Shown here: positions 33,076 to 47,848 of the stretch, one piece after another
Numbering within the stretch: the stretch's first letter is position 1
Layout of the letters: each line of letters opens with the position of its first letter
Origin: Octopus bimaculoides
Lineage: Eukaryota
Assembly (NCBI RefSeq): GCF_001194135.2
Contig: NC_068998.1
Location: 19,104,015-19,168,014, forward strand
Length of the DNA: 64,000 bases
Direction: 5' to 3'
Program-made: the position numbers and the translations under genes
The notes under the pieces: model-generated
What the model was told of the DNA's origin: nothing
What the model saw: only the letters and a program-made list of their open reading frames with translations
The model's database searches: none

Positions 33076-35337
33076 GCTGTAACCCACTCACATAGGAGGG
33101 GAGAAGGAAACCCAACCTGCAGCAGCAGCAAAACTGAAATGTAAATGAATGTTTCAAGTTAGTAAATTTAGCTTGTATGAATACAATGTATAAACAACAA
33201 AACACATTTTAATTGGTAGGCTAGAGATGACATCTATCAGCATAAACCAAATGGTAAATATAAACAAAAGTAGCCTTATTTGGTGAACCATGAGAAACAG
33301 AGACTGATGTGTGAGGTGGGAAGAAAAGAAAAACTCCATTGGAGAGAAAAGAAAAATTTTCTCACTTCCTTAGTGAGAGTACTTCCCAAACTGTTTTACT
33401 CCACTTCTGCTCAAAGTACATCAAACAATATATATTTCTCTTAAAAACAATATATAGGAGGAAACTTCTAAATAGTCGCTTGACTCAAGGAAATGACATT
33501 TCCCTGTTAGCCTTAAGCAACTCAGGTAAAATTGGAAGTAGTAAATATATATATATTATAGATTTTGTTTATTTTATTGAACAAATATTAAAAACTCTAC
33601 ATTTCTCTCTATGGTCCTGAAAGAGATTCTAGTTATAGCAAAAATAGTTTCTATCTGCTTTAATGTCCCAAACTATTTTCCAAAACTTAAACTACAAAAG
33701 TAGGTTGTGCATGTACAAAAATCTTAATTTACACCTATAGAATACAGGTGCCTATTTTATTGGGTTAAAGGAATGAGAAAGGAGGTGAATTTCAAAGGGA
33801 CTTGAATTCAAAAAATAAACAAATTCAACTAAATTCTGTTACTACCAAATAAAACAGTCTCATTTATAAAATATGACTAAGTTGTGTTGAGAACCATAAA
33901 ATAGAAGTAAAATACTAAAAAGCTATGCCTATATAACCTACTTATAATTTTGTATGAAAAAAAAAGTATGATAAAACATAACCCAATTTCTTCATCTTTA
34001 TAAGATGTAGACTTTGATCCTCTATAAGAAAAATAAGCAAATCAATATATACCATATGACAAATCATGAAAAACAATGTGCATCAAACCTATAATTTCTT
34101 AAAATAACAATTTTCTGATAAAACTGGTAGAAGGTCATTAAAAAATATGGATATTTGAATGAAGAGGAGTTTTATAACTTCCTTCCAAAAATCTCAAATG
34201 ATTTTTTTAATATAAATTCATTATTTGAGGAGAAGAAGCAATGCTTACATTCTCTTTAGCTCCTTTGATACCAACCCAGCTGAAACTGCCTCTGTAATAC
34301 AAATCTCTTACTTCCATAAGTTTTTAATTAAAATCTTCCACCAAACCTTTGTCATAATTTATGTTCCTAACACTAGCTTAATGATAACTAAGTTATTTCA
34401 CTAAATTCTTTGAAAGAAACAGAGCATCTCAAAATAAATATAGTAACGAAAGGGTTAACCTCTTCTAGTTTATGAATAGGAATAACAAAGAAGCTTAGTG
34501 TGAACAATACTTAAATAAAAAGAGAATGTAGGCAGAAAAAAGAGTTCCAAATAATGCTAATTCATTTCAAAGGATGATGGGACAGGATGCTGAGTAAAGG
34601 TGATAGGAGGTGAGTCAGATGCACTGATATCTAGTTTTTCAGTGAAAGGCAAGTGAAATAATTCGTCTTGCTTAGAAACAGTGCAAAGCTTAATGCTGGA
34701 TTCTTGCCATTAACAATATAACCACCATAAACTAGCAATTTGTTCTTTAATAAATGAAACCAAAATAATTCACAAATACAATGAACACTGCTAAAAATGT
34801 AAATAGGACCATTTTGTCATGAACTTTTTAAACCAACATAAAAAATTCTATTGTATGTCCAACATCTTTATCAGGTAAAGAATTTAAAACTAATAGTTGC
34901 ATCCTCATCTCAGGTTTTCCTAGTTTGTGCATCTGCCATATACAAAAGATGGTGCGAAGTTTATATAACAAATGTAAGATCTTGTGGTTGTTTAATTCTC
35001 ACATTCAAATGTAACTATGTTCCACAGGAGGGCAGGTGTTTATGTATTACATATGTTTAACAGCAGATGGTGCTTAAAATATGACACCAAATAGCTGAAA
35101 CACTTTAAATTTTTCATCCACTGGCACACACACACACACATTATACATGTGTGAATGTGTATGTTTACATTTTAAATAGCTAAACATGCAACAGAAAGAA
35201 TGAAACAGAGAATTGATGAAACATAAACCCAGATCTTGTTAATGTCAGAGTAATTAAGAACAGGTTTTCACAATTTTATTCTCATTTATATCTGTGCTCA
35301 TACATGTGGTTTCTTCATTTAAAGAATGTAAATATAA

Positions 35338-35499
35338 GTGCAGGTGAGACTGTGTGGTAAGAAACTTGCTTCCCAACAACATACTTCTGGGTTCAGTCCC
35401 TCTGCATGGCACTTTTAGGCAAGTGTCTTCTGCTATAGCCTTGGACCAATCAAAGCCTTATGAGTGGATTTGGTAAGTGGAAGCTTGAAAGAAGCCAAT

Positions 35500-35547
<48 letters not shown>

Positions 35548-35790
35548 CATATATGTATGTATATATTTATGTGTGTGTGTATTTGTCCCCCACCATCACT
35601 TGACAACTGATGTTGATGTATTTACGTCCCCATAATTTAGCAGTTCGGCAAAAGAGACTGATAGAATAAGTACTAGGTTTACAAAGAATAAGTCCTGGTG
35701 TCAGTTTCTTCAACCAAAAAAACCCTTAAAAGGCAATGCTCCAGCATGGCCACAGTCAAATGAGTGAAACAAGTAAATGAATAAAAGAAC
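35338..35790 (+). mobile_element. SINE family A
   Basis: Head, (TG)n, body and tail present. Confidence 0.8.
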
Positions 35791-36359
35791 GTATTTGGTG
35801 CCCAATCCTAGTGTAATCAACAACACACACATTTTAATGTTCTTTAATTTCTAATCAGCCCTTAAAGAGTAGTCCTATCTATGATCAAAAGCTTTCCAGA
35901 TGTAACCACCATTCTGTCATATTTTCAAAACTAGTGCACCCCAAACTATATTATTTAACATGTCCTTAGCAGGGTATGATTTGAAGGAGATTTGATTGCT
36001 ATTTCTAGCAGGTTAAGCAAGCTTGTAGAAGTTCCCTCATTGACTTGTTATACAGCTTTCTGTTACTACTAGCATATTTCTAAACCGAAGGGAAACAGAC
36101 AAATCCTGATGAGTTATAAATACACTGAAATTAGTTATGGTGATACTAATTCCAAGTCTTGTGGTTTAACTATGGGTCTTAATTTCACAGTAGGACTTAA
36201 ATATATCTTTGTTAAATATATGGGTTTGACTATGTTCATATTTACTCATGTGTCATTATTTGAATCCATACATACAGATATTCAGAGAACAACAAGCATT
36301 TTAACATCATTTTCCATACTAAAGCAAGGGTTAGCCTTGCAAGTCCAATAACTGTCTAC

Positions 36360-36630
36360 ACCATTTGCCCCGCCATCATCTACATCTTCCCTCATCAACC
36401 AACTTACATTTCCTTTGCCATCATCATTAACCATGTCTTTCTCAGTTTCTGCTTCCTCTTCAACTTCCTTCCATATTAATTTCCCTCACTCCTCTCACCC
36501 AGTCACTTTCATCCTTCCTCAGGACATGACCCAACCATTTCTCTTCACAAACATCCATCATTGGCTCTATTCCTATCATTCTCCACAATCCTGTGTTTTC
36601 CTCTCTCTTGATGATATTCCACTCATTCAC
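36360..36630 (-). mobile_element. RTE C-terminal remnant (a similar one at about 56620-56760)
   Basis: KWLGHVLRKDESDWVR..REINMEG motif. Confidence 0.55.
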
Positions 36631-37564
36631 TAAACCCCTAGTTCTCAACCATTTTTTATCTATGGACCTCTTTAATTACTATTTTATTCTGGTGGACCCC
36701 CATAGCCATTCAATGGTCAAAAACTAGTTTCATGAATACTTCTAAAATTCCTATTTTGTTTTCCACAAATTCTCTTATGTAGGTTGAACTATGTTAATTG
36801 TTAGAGAAATTGAGCTGTTCCTCGCAATAAATACATCTATAACAAACGTTTTTCATGGACCCTTAAAGTACTAGTGTTGGTCCACAATTTACTATTTTGC
36901 TTGCATGTGGAACCCATTTTCATTTCTGGTCTTCCCAGCCTTTTCTGATACTGTGTGTTCATTGGCCATGTATGACCCCCAAAATTCATAACACATCTCA
37001 CACATACAGTATACATCTTTCTGAAGCACAATATTAAGGGATAAAAAGAAGTACAATAAAATATTCCTTACACAGTTGAGGGACACATTTATGTCCAAGA
37101 TAACAGAAACAAAATACCCAGAAAGTACTTTTATGTAGAAAGAAGAATCAAAAATAGAAAGGTTCTTTTTTTTTTCTCAACAACAGTATCCATGAAAATA
37201 TAAGGAACAGAAAATTTTAAAATTTTCTGATATATCTCAGGAAAATAAAAAGCCAAAACAGAAATTCTATAAGAATTTTGTTGGGGAGAGATGGAGAGAG
37301 CTTCTTTGCAGTAACTTAACCAGTTATAATTAGACTAATTAACTTCAAATCAAACAAGCAAAAGACACAACAACACCAAGTAGAGTCCCTTTGATATAAC
37401 CATTATTATTTATTGTTAAAACTTCAGAAAAATATTAAAAAATCTTTCTTGCCACTGAGGAATTTAAAAGAGAATAGAACCACGAACAAAAAAAGATTGT
37501 GTTAACTTCAAAACATTCATTTTCATTCAGTTTTAACATAAATATAATCCAGAAATTCTGACAA

Positions 37565-37968
37565 ATTTAATTTAATTTAATTTAATTTAATAAGGAAGGA
37601 AGGGAGGAAGGAAGGAAAGAAGGAAGGAAAGAAGGAAAGAAAGAAGGAAAGAAAGAAGGAAAGAAAGAAGGAAAGAAAGAAGGAAAGAAAGAAGGAAAGA
37701 AAGAAGGAAAGAAAGAAGGAAAGAAAGAAGGAAAGNNNNNNNNNNNNNNNNNNNNNNNNNNNNNNNNNNNNNNNNNNNNNNNNNNNNNNNNNNNNNNNNN
37801 NNNNNNNNNNNNNNNNNNNNNNNNNNNNNNNNNNNNNNNNNNNNNNNNNNNNNNNNNNNNNNNNNNNNNNNNNNNNNGAAAGAAGGAAGGAAAGAAGGAA
37901 GGAAAGAAAGAAGGAAGGAAAGAAAGAAGGAAAGAAAGAAAGAAAGAAAGAAAGACAGACAGAGAGAG

Positions 37969-38022
<54 letters not shown>
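37565..38022. repeat. Compound microsatellite (TTTAA)n-(GAAG/GAAA)n-(GA)n-(GT)n containing an assembly gap
   Basis: Directly visible; 12-nt period GAAAGAAAGAAG; N run 37736-37877. Confidence 0.95.
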
Positions 38023-38025
<3 letters not shown>

Positions 38026-39258
38026 ACATGCATGTGTGATGACATTTTAGTTTTAGACAATTCAAAATAACCTACTTTATTTTATCCATAAACCATTAGT
38101 ATTGTGAAGGTCAATATTTTAATACCAAATAGTAAACAGACCTATATACAAGCCTGGCATACATTGTCAAGTTAATTTATTGCAAGTTAGTTCTATATAG
38201 TCAGTTTACGTTAATTTATCAAAAATTGGAGACAGTAATGTATGTTTCTTCTAACAGATTTGACAACTTACATATAGATAAAAGTAATATTAGTAAAACT
38301 ATAGAAACTTAAAACCCCAACCAAAATAAATACAATCTAAAATGCAGAAATAAACTCAAATATACAAAAGTGCAACAAGTTACTGAAAATCAACTTCCAT
38401 AGACTATTGCTTGAAAAAATAGATACAGGAAACTTAGAATAACATCAAAGAGAAGCGTAGCTAAATACATGTTAAAGATGGTGATTTTACATATATATAA
38501 CTAGCAGAGCTGATTTATGTATTCCAAGTTCTCGATATTAGTTTTCAATGCAATTAGATTATTATAGTACAGCAACAATGGTTAGTAACAATAAAATTTC
38601 AGTTTCAAATATAAATATACTCGTAAATTTGTATAGTAAAATGTGTAAAAAGCTCTTTTCTAGTTTTGTAACTATCAGACATTTGAGATTTAAGTTTGGC
38701 ATGGTAAAATAACCCCAGTATAGAATCTTTAAAAATTCATTTATGTAACTAAGTAGTAGTCATGGTAAAAAATTGATTCCAAGTTTTTAAACATACTTTG
38801 CTGATATGTTATAACTTTCCTAGATTATTGTAATTTTAGTGTCATTACTAATCAAGAGTTTGGTTAAGGAAGTAGTGAAACAGAAGAATCAACAAATGCA
38901 TCAAGTAACCAACCACCTTTTTCCCAATGTACCCATCAGTCATAAAATCATTCCCACTCCATGTAATATTTATTCCAGAAACGTAAATTTTTTACTCCAC
39001 AGTCTGACAATCTGCTCCCAACAAAGGCAGTCACCCAGCATTTTATTTTAATAAAATATAATGAATGACTATAAACATATAATACAAATATGCATGTGTG
39101 TGTGTGTGTGTGTATAGATACATAGACCTATATACACACACTCACATCATCTTTTATGTTCACTTTACATGTTGGCATTGATTGGGCAAGTCATCACAAC
39201 CCTGGGTTAATCAAAGTTTTAAGTGATTTGGTGAACAGAAAATGAAAGTGTGTGTGTG

Positions 39259-39290
<32 letters not shown>

Positions 39291-39521
39291 TCTTTGTCAT
39301 GATATCATGAAGCAGCTGTAAAAGAGAGCATCTTCATACAAGTGGAGTTGTACATTTCCAATCTTAGGCAAAAGCATATCCAACCATGTGAAAAAAAATA
39401 ACTTTGCTTGGAAATAAATGAAGGTTGGTGGCAGGAAGGGCATCCGACTGTAGAAAATCTGCTTCAACAAATTCTGTCTGACCCATGCAACCATGGAAAA
39501 GAAGACATTAAAATAATTGTG

Positions 39522-39575
<54 letters not shown>

Positions 39576-42500
39576 GTCACATGGTGGTAAAGCTTCTATT
39601 AATGCCAACTGCCTACCATCACTACATACATGACATACACATAACATACATGTAAATACACACACACTCTTCAGCAACTTTCCAACTGTTCAGTTCTGTA
39701 ACAGTTTGTAAGTTTGCCAATTTCTTTGGAAGCTAAACAAATAGAAGAAGAAAAAAACCAAACCCCTACTTTTATTACACTTAAGGAATAACCTTGCATT
39801 CTTATGAATGCTAAAATAAACTTCCTTTATGCTTAGTTTTCTTCTTCACTTTGAAAACAACCTTGATAAATGAACTCTATTTATTTTTTTCTTCAACCTT
39901 ATTTGACGAGGAGATATGCTGCAAAGTATTTAACTTCTATCAATTCAGTTTATAGTGTACCAACTGATGTTACAATAATATTCAGTTTTATGTTTCCCCA
40001 TAACATAATTTAATATAAAACACCACATTTGGAGAGGGCTAAAGGATGAGGTGAGTCAGTGAGGAGTTGGGCAGTAGCCATGGTCTTCACAGGCCCTCTT
40101 GAGACTGGTGAGAGATTAAATGACATGTATGTTTCTCTATGTACAGCACAAAACCAGTCTTTTTTGTGGAGATTTTTTGCTAGGTGAGGATTGAACTCAA
40201 AACCTAGAGAGACAAGAACAGAAGAAAGTACTAAAGAATTTAGTTGAATAACCTACTTCTGCCAACAAATGTTTAATAGTACTTAATTTTATTGACTCTT
40301 TAACTGCAAAATTAAATTTCTTTGTTATCCCAGTAATGATGTTAGATATCTGACTAAAAACTAGAATTGGTATTTTCTGCAAGTCACATTGCTTCAATAA
40401 ATTTGACTCATCTCAACAAAAAATAGTTTCAAACATGACATTCTTCAACAAAAGATAGATTGGTATATAAAAAAAAAAAAATTGCTTTCCACAGTTAAGG
40501 GTAAATTTTGAGTGTATATATCTGATTTCTATAGTAAAAAGGTCACCCACCCCACCACCACCACACTGAAAGATGTATGACAAAAGTTTATTCAGATGAG
40601 AATTGAACTTAAAACATAGAGATAGAACCACTGTTGTTAGTTCGGTGTTCTTACACAAATATCTAATAATAATGCAATATCATGGCACTATTCAATGTGT
40701 AACATTAAATAAGTTAGAGAGAGCAAATGGGTTCTTAATAATATATTACGATTCCAAACGGAATGTTTTGTAAGTTTTAACTAAAAAACAATCTGAAAAT
40801 TAAAAAGGAACAAATTATATATAATCATGCATGAAATGGTATCACATACATCTGGAAGTGATTATAGTTTCAAACTAATACCACACCAAAGATAGCTTTC
40901 TTTTCTTTCTTTTACGTTTTTTTGTTTTTTTTCCTTGATAATAAAAAGCAAATATGAAAAGAATAAACAACATATTCATTATCATGTTTCTATGTTGATA
41001 AAAAAAACAAGCTGTTTTGTGCTGTTAAACTTGCTCCACATAACCTACTTGGCTCTTCTGAGGAAAATAGGTTTTCAATGCAATAGAAAAAGAAAACAAG
41101 TCGCACATTTATATCTTGAATCTTAAAGAACTAGAATGAGTTGAACCACTTATAAAGCATTGTTTTCTGTTCCTAATTAGTAAACACTGAAGTTACCATT
41201 TCTACATAGGCTCCATGTAATTTCAGCATCATTATCATCAACGCAATTCCTCATTTCTAGTTTATGTGGGTTTGATCACGGCCACTTCACCACATACTTG
41301 TCTTTTTAATAACATAACTGTGAATCTATTTTCTGGGTTTAAATAGACTGATATAATTAGAGCAATTTGCTTTAATTCAATTACACTGAATCTCAGAACA
41401 CATTCATGATATTCATATCTCACAACTAAATTTAAGCATACAGACATTTGAGTTTACTTATTATAAAACAAGAAGCTGGGTAATTTCAATGATGTAAAAG
41501 AAAAAAAATCTGCTCTCCTATGAAAAGGATCGTGAGCTCATTTCACAACAGGTATGTCAAGTTGATTCTCAACATCTTCAAACAAGAATTTTTATAAATT
41601 TGACTACATGGCTGTGTGGATATGGAGTTCACTTCATAACCATGTGGTTTCAGGTTCCATCCCACTGTGCAACACTTTAGGCAAATGTCATCTACTATAG
41701 CCTGAGACTGACCAATGTCATGTGGATGAACTTGGTAGAGAAATACATGTGTGAGAGAGAGGGAGAGAAGGGACCAAAGCAGAACAGGTTTCTTCCTACA
41801 GAGGAGCTACATGGCCACTCATGTTAAAGTGAAGGTGGGAGTGACCAGAATGGAGTGAAAAAGAGAAAAGATAATGGTAATGAGGTGTGAGGATGGACTT
41901 TTAAGGTGTCATGTGAGTAGAAGTGAGATTGGGCAGGAGAACAGGGAGTGTGGGTGGGTAGAGGTTGCAAGACTTCAGAGAGAGAAAGACATTTTCAGAG
42001 ATGAGGAATGGGTGAAAGTGTGAATATAATGAATGAAAACTGGTGAATGATAAGTAGGGAAGAGTAGGTGACAACTGAAAAGATCTGGTATGGTTGAGGG
42101 GTGGATGCAGTGACTGATGAATAAGAGATGGGAATGATCTACACTACAAATGAATTGGGAGTGAGATAGGGGAGAGATGATTTACTGCAGAAAAAGGTAG
42201 AGATGAAGAGCAGCAAAATATTGGTTTCAAATTTTGGCACAAGGCCAGCAAGTTTGGGGGAAGGACATTGACCCCAGGTTTCACTTATTTTTTTTAACCC
42301 AAGTAGGACAAAAAGCAAAGTCAACCTCGGCAGAATTTGAACCCAGAACATAAAGATGGACAAACAATTTGCCCAGCATGCTAATGATTCTGCCAGCTTG
42401 TTGCATTATTAACATTCTGCTGCTCTGCAGCAGAATGTTAATAATGATACAGTAAACAGGCAGGAGAAGGATGAGAGAAGTGATGTGGGGTTGGGTAGGT

Positions 42501-43954
42501 TGCAAGAGTGTGAGGGAAGAGGTAGGCATAGCGCATGGAGAGAATGAGACATGTATGTGGTAGAGAAAATGAGATAATCTGGTGGCTTAGGAAAGTGATC
42601 AATGTAAAATATGGGTGAAGAGAACAGTATTACAAATGAAAGATTGCTATCGAGTGAAACATTTTCCCATGAGCAAAATGGTGATATCATGTTTACAATC
42701 CCTATAAACAGTACACCCAGTAGTTCTGCACTTTCAAAGGCAATTGGAATATATAAAAATCCCATAGTTGAAAACAAGCAAAGGTTGGCAACATACCAAC
42801 ATGGAAAAGCAGATTTGAAATGAAATGAACAAAGGACATTGAAAGTTCTGTTTGCTATCTGATCCATTTATGCTACAGCCACATTATTCCAAGCTTAATG
42901 CATTTATGAGCACATTGAGAATATTAACATGCTTGTAAGTTCTTTTATCAGGTTTCATATTTCTGCACCTTAAGAAATGCCTAGGATGATGTATCGGTTA
43001 TAAACCAATCTTTTATCATTTTTTAGAGCAGATCAAATAACAAAAAGAAAATTACTTGGAGATGTCAACTACAAAGTTTTTAAGAAATTTGTTTTATCAT
43101 TTACAAATTACTGCTTGGAAATGGAAGAATGGGACAAAATTTGCACAGTGTTATCTTAGCATATAAGGTGATATGAAAGTAGATTACTAAAAACAATGGC
43201 AACATAAACGTAACTAAAACACAAACCAGATCAAAAAGATATTATCAGTGAAACACAATTCCAATCTACTAAGTAACAAGGATTTCTTTTTGACTCAGAT
43301 GAGTTTTTTTTTTTTTTTTTCAAAGAAATTGCAGTCAAATCTTCCTCAATATTACAGGCACTTATTTTATCAATACAACGATAATAAATACATTATCACC
43401 TCAAAACAATGAGATCCCCAAATAAATACAGTAAACACTGATTCCAATAATTTAATCCCAACACTATGGTGTCTATGTCTAATGATATATATATATATAT
43501 ATAAAGCACTAAGTCCACTTTGCTGAGTAGTTGGTGTTAGGAAGGGCATCCAGTTGTAAAAACCCTACCAAAACAGTTACAGTAGTCTGGTACAGGTTTT
43601 GGCCTGGCCGGCTTTTGTGGTACCATCCCACTCATGCTAGCATGGAACTCAGACGTATGATGATGATGATTATATATCATCATCATCGTTTAACGTCCGC
43701 TTTCCATGCTAGCATGGGTTGGACGATTTGACTGAGGACTGGTGAACCAGATGGAGCATGCAGGTAATCCTTTACAGCTATTACTGGGGTTTGGTGTTCA
43801 GTCAAAGCAATAAAATGCATTGTATTCATATACTCAAAATAGATTAGTACTGGCAAATGTATATGAATCAGCACAAGTTTAAACTACATGAACCACTTCA
43901 TCATATCATCAGAAGGGAATGAAGTTTAAGGAAACCTAAATATATACAAATAGG

Positions 43955-44720
43955 CTCAGGTATGGCTGTGTGGTAAGAAGTTTGTTTCCCAACCAAATGG
44001 TTCCGAGTTCAGTCCCACTGCCTGACAACCTGAGTAAGTGTCTTCTACTATAGCCTCAGGCCAACCAAAGCCCTGTCAGTGGATTTGGTAGACAGAAACT
44101 GAAAGAAGCCTGGTGTGTGTTTGTGTGCACGCACATTTGTCTGTCTCCCACCATCGCTTGACAAGCAGTGTTAGTGTGTTTACATCCTCATAACTTAGCA
44201 GTTCAGCAAAAAGAGACCAATAGGATAAGTATCAGACCTAAAAGATAAGTCCTGGGGTCAATTTATTCAACTAAAACCCTTCAAGATGGTATCTCTGCAT
44301 GGCTACAGTCAAATGACTGAAATAAGTAAGAGATATAAGGTGCAGGAGTGGCTGTGTGGTAAGTAGCTTGCTTACCAACCACATGGTTCCAGGTTCAGTC
44401 CCACTGCATGGCACCTTGGGCTAGTGCCTTCTACTATAGCCTTGGGCCGCCCAAAGCCTTGTGAATGGATTTGGTAGACGGAAATTGAAAGAAACCCATC
44501 ATATATATGTATGTATGTATATATATATGTCCCCCCACCATCACTTGACAACTGATGCTGGTGTGTTTACGTCCCAGTAACTTAGCGGTTCGGCAAAAAG
44601 AGACCAATAGAATAAGTACTAGGCTTATATAAGAATAAGTCCTGGGGTCGATTTTCTCGACTAAAGGCGGTGCTCCAGCATGGCCGCAGTCAAATGACTG
44701 AAACAAGTAAAAGAGTAAAA
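43955..44720 (+). mobile_element. Two head-to-tail SINE family A copies (43955-44335, 44340-44720)
   Basis: The second head GCAGGAGTGGCTGTGTGG follows the first tail directly. Confidence 0.8.
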
Positions 44721-45356
44721 GAGAGAGAGAGAGTCATACAAACAGATAGGTAGCCTCACTGCAGAGAGAGAAATAAATAGAGAAGGTACTAGACAGAGGA
44801 CTTGAAGAAAAAGATGAAGGATGGGATAGTGCTGGAAAATTAGATGGAAGTCATGGGAAAGACAGAACAAGAAAAGTGAATGAAAAATGAGAGCTGAGAA
44901 ATGGGGTACAGCTATAATGGCAATATAATGGTCAGTCAGCCAAAACAATGAGTCAGTCCTATGGGTGAATGTACAGTAGAATGAAACATCAAAATAGCAA
45001 AGTGGAAATAAATAGAAAGAGTAAAATTAAAAGGGAGAGAAAATTCAGCTCCCTGCTGTGCATACTGCCTGACTGTCTAGCTATCAAGCTGCTGGAAGTC
45101 ATTGAGTGTGTAGGAGAATGGCAACCCCAGGCTACTGAGTTCTTCTAAGGAATAACTATGAACTTCTGCTTTTCTGATTCTCCAGTTTTTCAACTAAATC
45201 TATATATTTTTATACTCATTTCCACAACTATGTTACAAATGATCTGATATCTTTTGCAACTCCTTGTCCATCTTTTATTACACTGTTTGTATGTGTGTGT
45301 GTGCGCACGCGCGTACTTGTCTTGATATCATGTGATAGTTTGTAAATGAACTTCAT

Positions 45357-45745
45357 CAGGAGTGGCTGTGTGGTAAGTAGCTTGCTTACCAACCACATGG
45401 TTCCAGGTTCAGTCCCACTGCATGGCACCTTGGGCAAGTGTCTTCTACTATAGCCTCGGGCCAACCAAAGCCTTGCGAATGGATTTGGTAGACGGAAACT
45501 GAAAGAAGCCCGTCATATATATATATGTATGTGTGTGTGTGTGTATGTGTTGATCCCCCCAACATCGCTTGACAATCAATGCTGGTGTGTTTACGTCCCT
45601 GTAACTTAGCGGTTCAGCAAAAAGAGATTGATAGAATAAGTACTAGGCTTCCAAAGAATAAGTCCTGGGGTCGATTTGCTAGACTAAAGGCAGTGCTCCA
45701 GCATGGCCACAGTCAAATAACCGAAACAAGTAAAAGAGTAAGAGT
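45357..45745 (+). mobile_element. SINE family A
   Basis: Full head, body and tail. Confidence 0.85.
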
Positions 45746-46879
45746 ATACAAGTGGTATCCCTTTCCAACCTGCTATGAAGATATATCCAGCTGCAAGGAA
45801 GTATTACTATACTTCAAAACAAGTAGGGGTTGGTATCAGGACAGGCATCTAGCCATAGAAAATCTGCCTCAAGGAATTTCATCTAACCCATGCAAACGTG
45901 AAATAGTGGATGTTGATGGTGATTGCATCTTTACAAAAGGAGGCAGGTGGAAAAAAAGGGAAAGATTATAGGAAAGAATAAGTTGCTTTTGGGTAGCATA
46001 TTGTTAACATGGTTAAATTTAATGGGATGTTTATTTCTGCCATAACATCCTCTCATGTGCATGCCTAAATGAGATCATACATCAATGCACTTTGGGGAAG
46101 GGAGATTTGTTGGTCAAGTTTTATAGAAATCATGGGTTTTAGGAAGGGAAGAGATTCTTTGTATCAGGAGCCTAAGAGTTTCTGGACTTCCAGAGCTTCG
46201 TTAGGTGCAGTTTGAACTCTCTGTCTCTAGTGAAGATAAATTTTCATTTATTAACCCTTTAGCATTTAAACCAACCATATCTGGCCAAAATATTCTGCCT
46301 GTTTTCTGTTCAAACTGGCCATGGCAAGCCTCTCTCATGTACCCTACAATGTCATCCTAAGACTAAACAATCACATCATTGAAATTTCAAAGCCACAAGA
46401 TAATGCATGATTAATTCAAAACAATGTGAATAAATAACCATTAAGTCGGACAGAGTAATCTGAATGCTAAAGGGTTATAGGAAGAAATAAACTCCCTTTA
46501 AAACAAACACTATTTATCTACCATTATTTCTGTGATGACAATACTACTGCCTATTTGACTCTTACAAATTAAGGTACATCCTACTCACTTTTCCTCACTA
46601 GATGAGCCCATATTTCTCTATGCCTAATTGTCACCTGAAGTACAGTTGGAAAAACAAGAGGAAGGTAGCTGAATATTCTAAAATTTTGTAAGACTGGCTA
46701 CATCGCCATCATATTGAGTGCTTCAACCCCTCACATCATCCACTACAAGGAGACAGATACAAACAAGTGCACACACATAAGACAGGCTTCTTTAAGTTTC
46801 CATCTACTATATTCACTCGCAAGGCTTCTGCTTGTCTAGGACCATATGATGCCCAAGGTGCCATGAGTGTTTATAATAA

Positions 46880-47265
46880 ATCTACTCTTGTATTTATTTA
46901 TTTTAGTCATTGGATTGTGGCCATGCTGGAGCATCACCATGAAGGTTTTGCCAAACAAGCTGATGCCTGACTCCCACACTTTTTTCTTAAGCTTGGTACT
47001 TATTTGATCAGTCTCTTTTTGCCAAACCACTAAGTGATGAGGGCATAAATCAACATTAGTTTGTGATGGAGAGGGACAAACAAAAAGACACACACATAGA
47101 CATATATATGATAGACTTCTTTCAGTTTCTGACTACCAAATCCACTCATAGTGCTTTGGTCAGCCCAGGGCTATACTGGAAGACACTTGCCAAAAGAACC
47201 ACACAGTGAGAGTGAGCCCAGAACCAAGTAGTTGAGAAACAAATTTCTAATCACATCTGTACCTA
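46880..47265 (-). mobile_element. SINE family A, diverged
   Basis: Tail remnant at 46900 and head remnant near 47220-47260. Confidence 0.6.
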
Positions 47266-47374
47266 TATATATATAGGTACAGATGAACCTATATATATAG
47301 GTCCGATGAACGGGAACGTGAAACTCAGAGTAACAGTCTTTTGTTATATTTCTGCTGCTTTTAAATAAAGTATA

Positions 47375-47408
<34 letters not shown>

Positions 47409-47409
47409 C

Positions 47410-47440
<31 letters not shown>

Positions 47441-47848
47441 CAGGTGCAGTGAATATATTGTCATCTAAATCACGCAAAAATGAAAATAACATTGACATCT
47501 CATTTTAATAGATATATTTACCAAAATTACATATAAATATCTTGAAATACTAAAGAGTAAATTTATTCAATAAAATAGCCATTGGCTTCAACCACGGCCT
47601 CCAGATGACTTCAGAATCTCCTGCAGCTCTTCTGGACGGTCTCCTTGTTTAAGCTGGTGAATGCTGCCATAATCCTAGCCTTCAGTTCATTTTGGTGTTA
47701 CAAGGAGTTTTATTGGTCTCTCACTCAACTGTGCCCCACATACTGACCCTACTATACTGTATAGCCGACAAAATCAAAAACAAACAATGCACATGCACAA
47801 AATTAAAAATATAAAATGGCGACAATTTACCCATCGCACCCTGTATAT
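47441..47848 (-). mobile_element. Non-autonomous mariner derivative (transposase C-terminal remnant)
   Basis: Right end CGACAATTTACCCATCGCACCCTGTA, degenerate left TIR, and an internal sequence resembling the end of the 56817 element. Confidence 0.6.

Noticed and set aside
36630-36900. Complete Charlie-type hAT MITE (GTTCTCAACC end; similar sequence near 63920)
   Set aside because: Only one terminus is recognisable and there is no TSD, so boundaries cannot be supported.
37577-38065. ORFs of 157-162 aa
   Set aside because: Microsatellite translation plus N gap.
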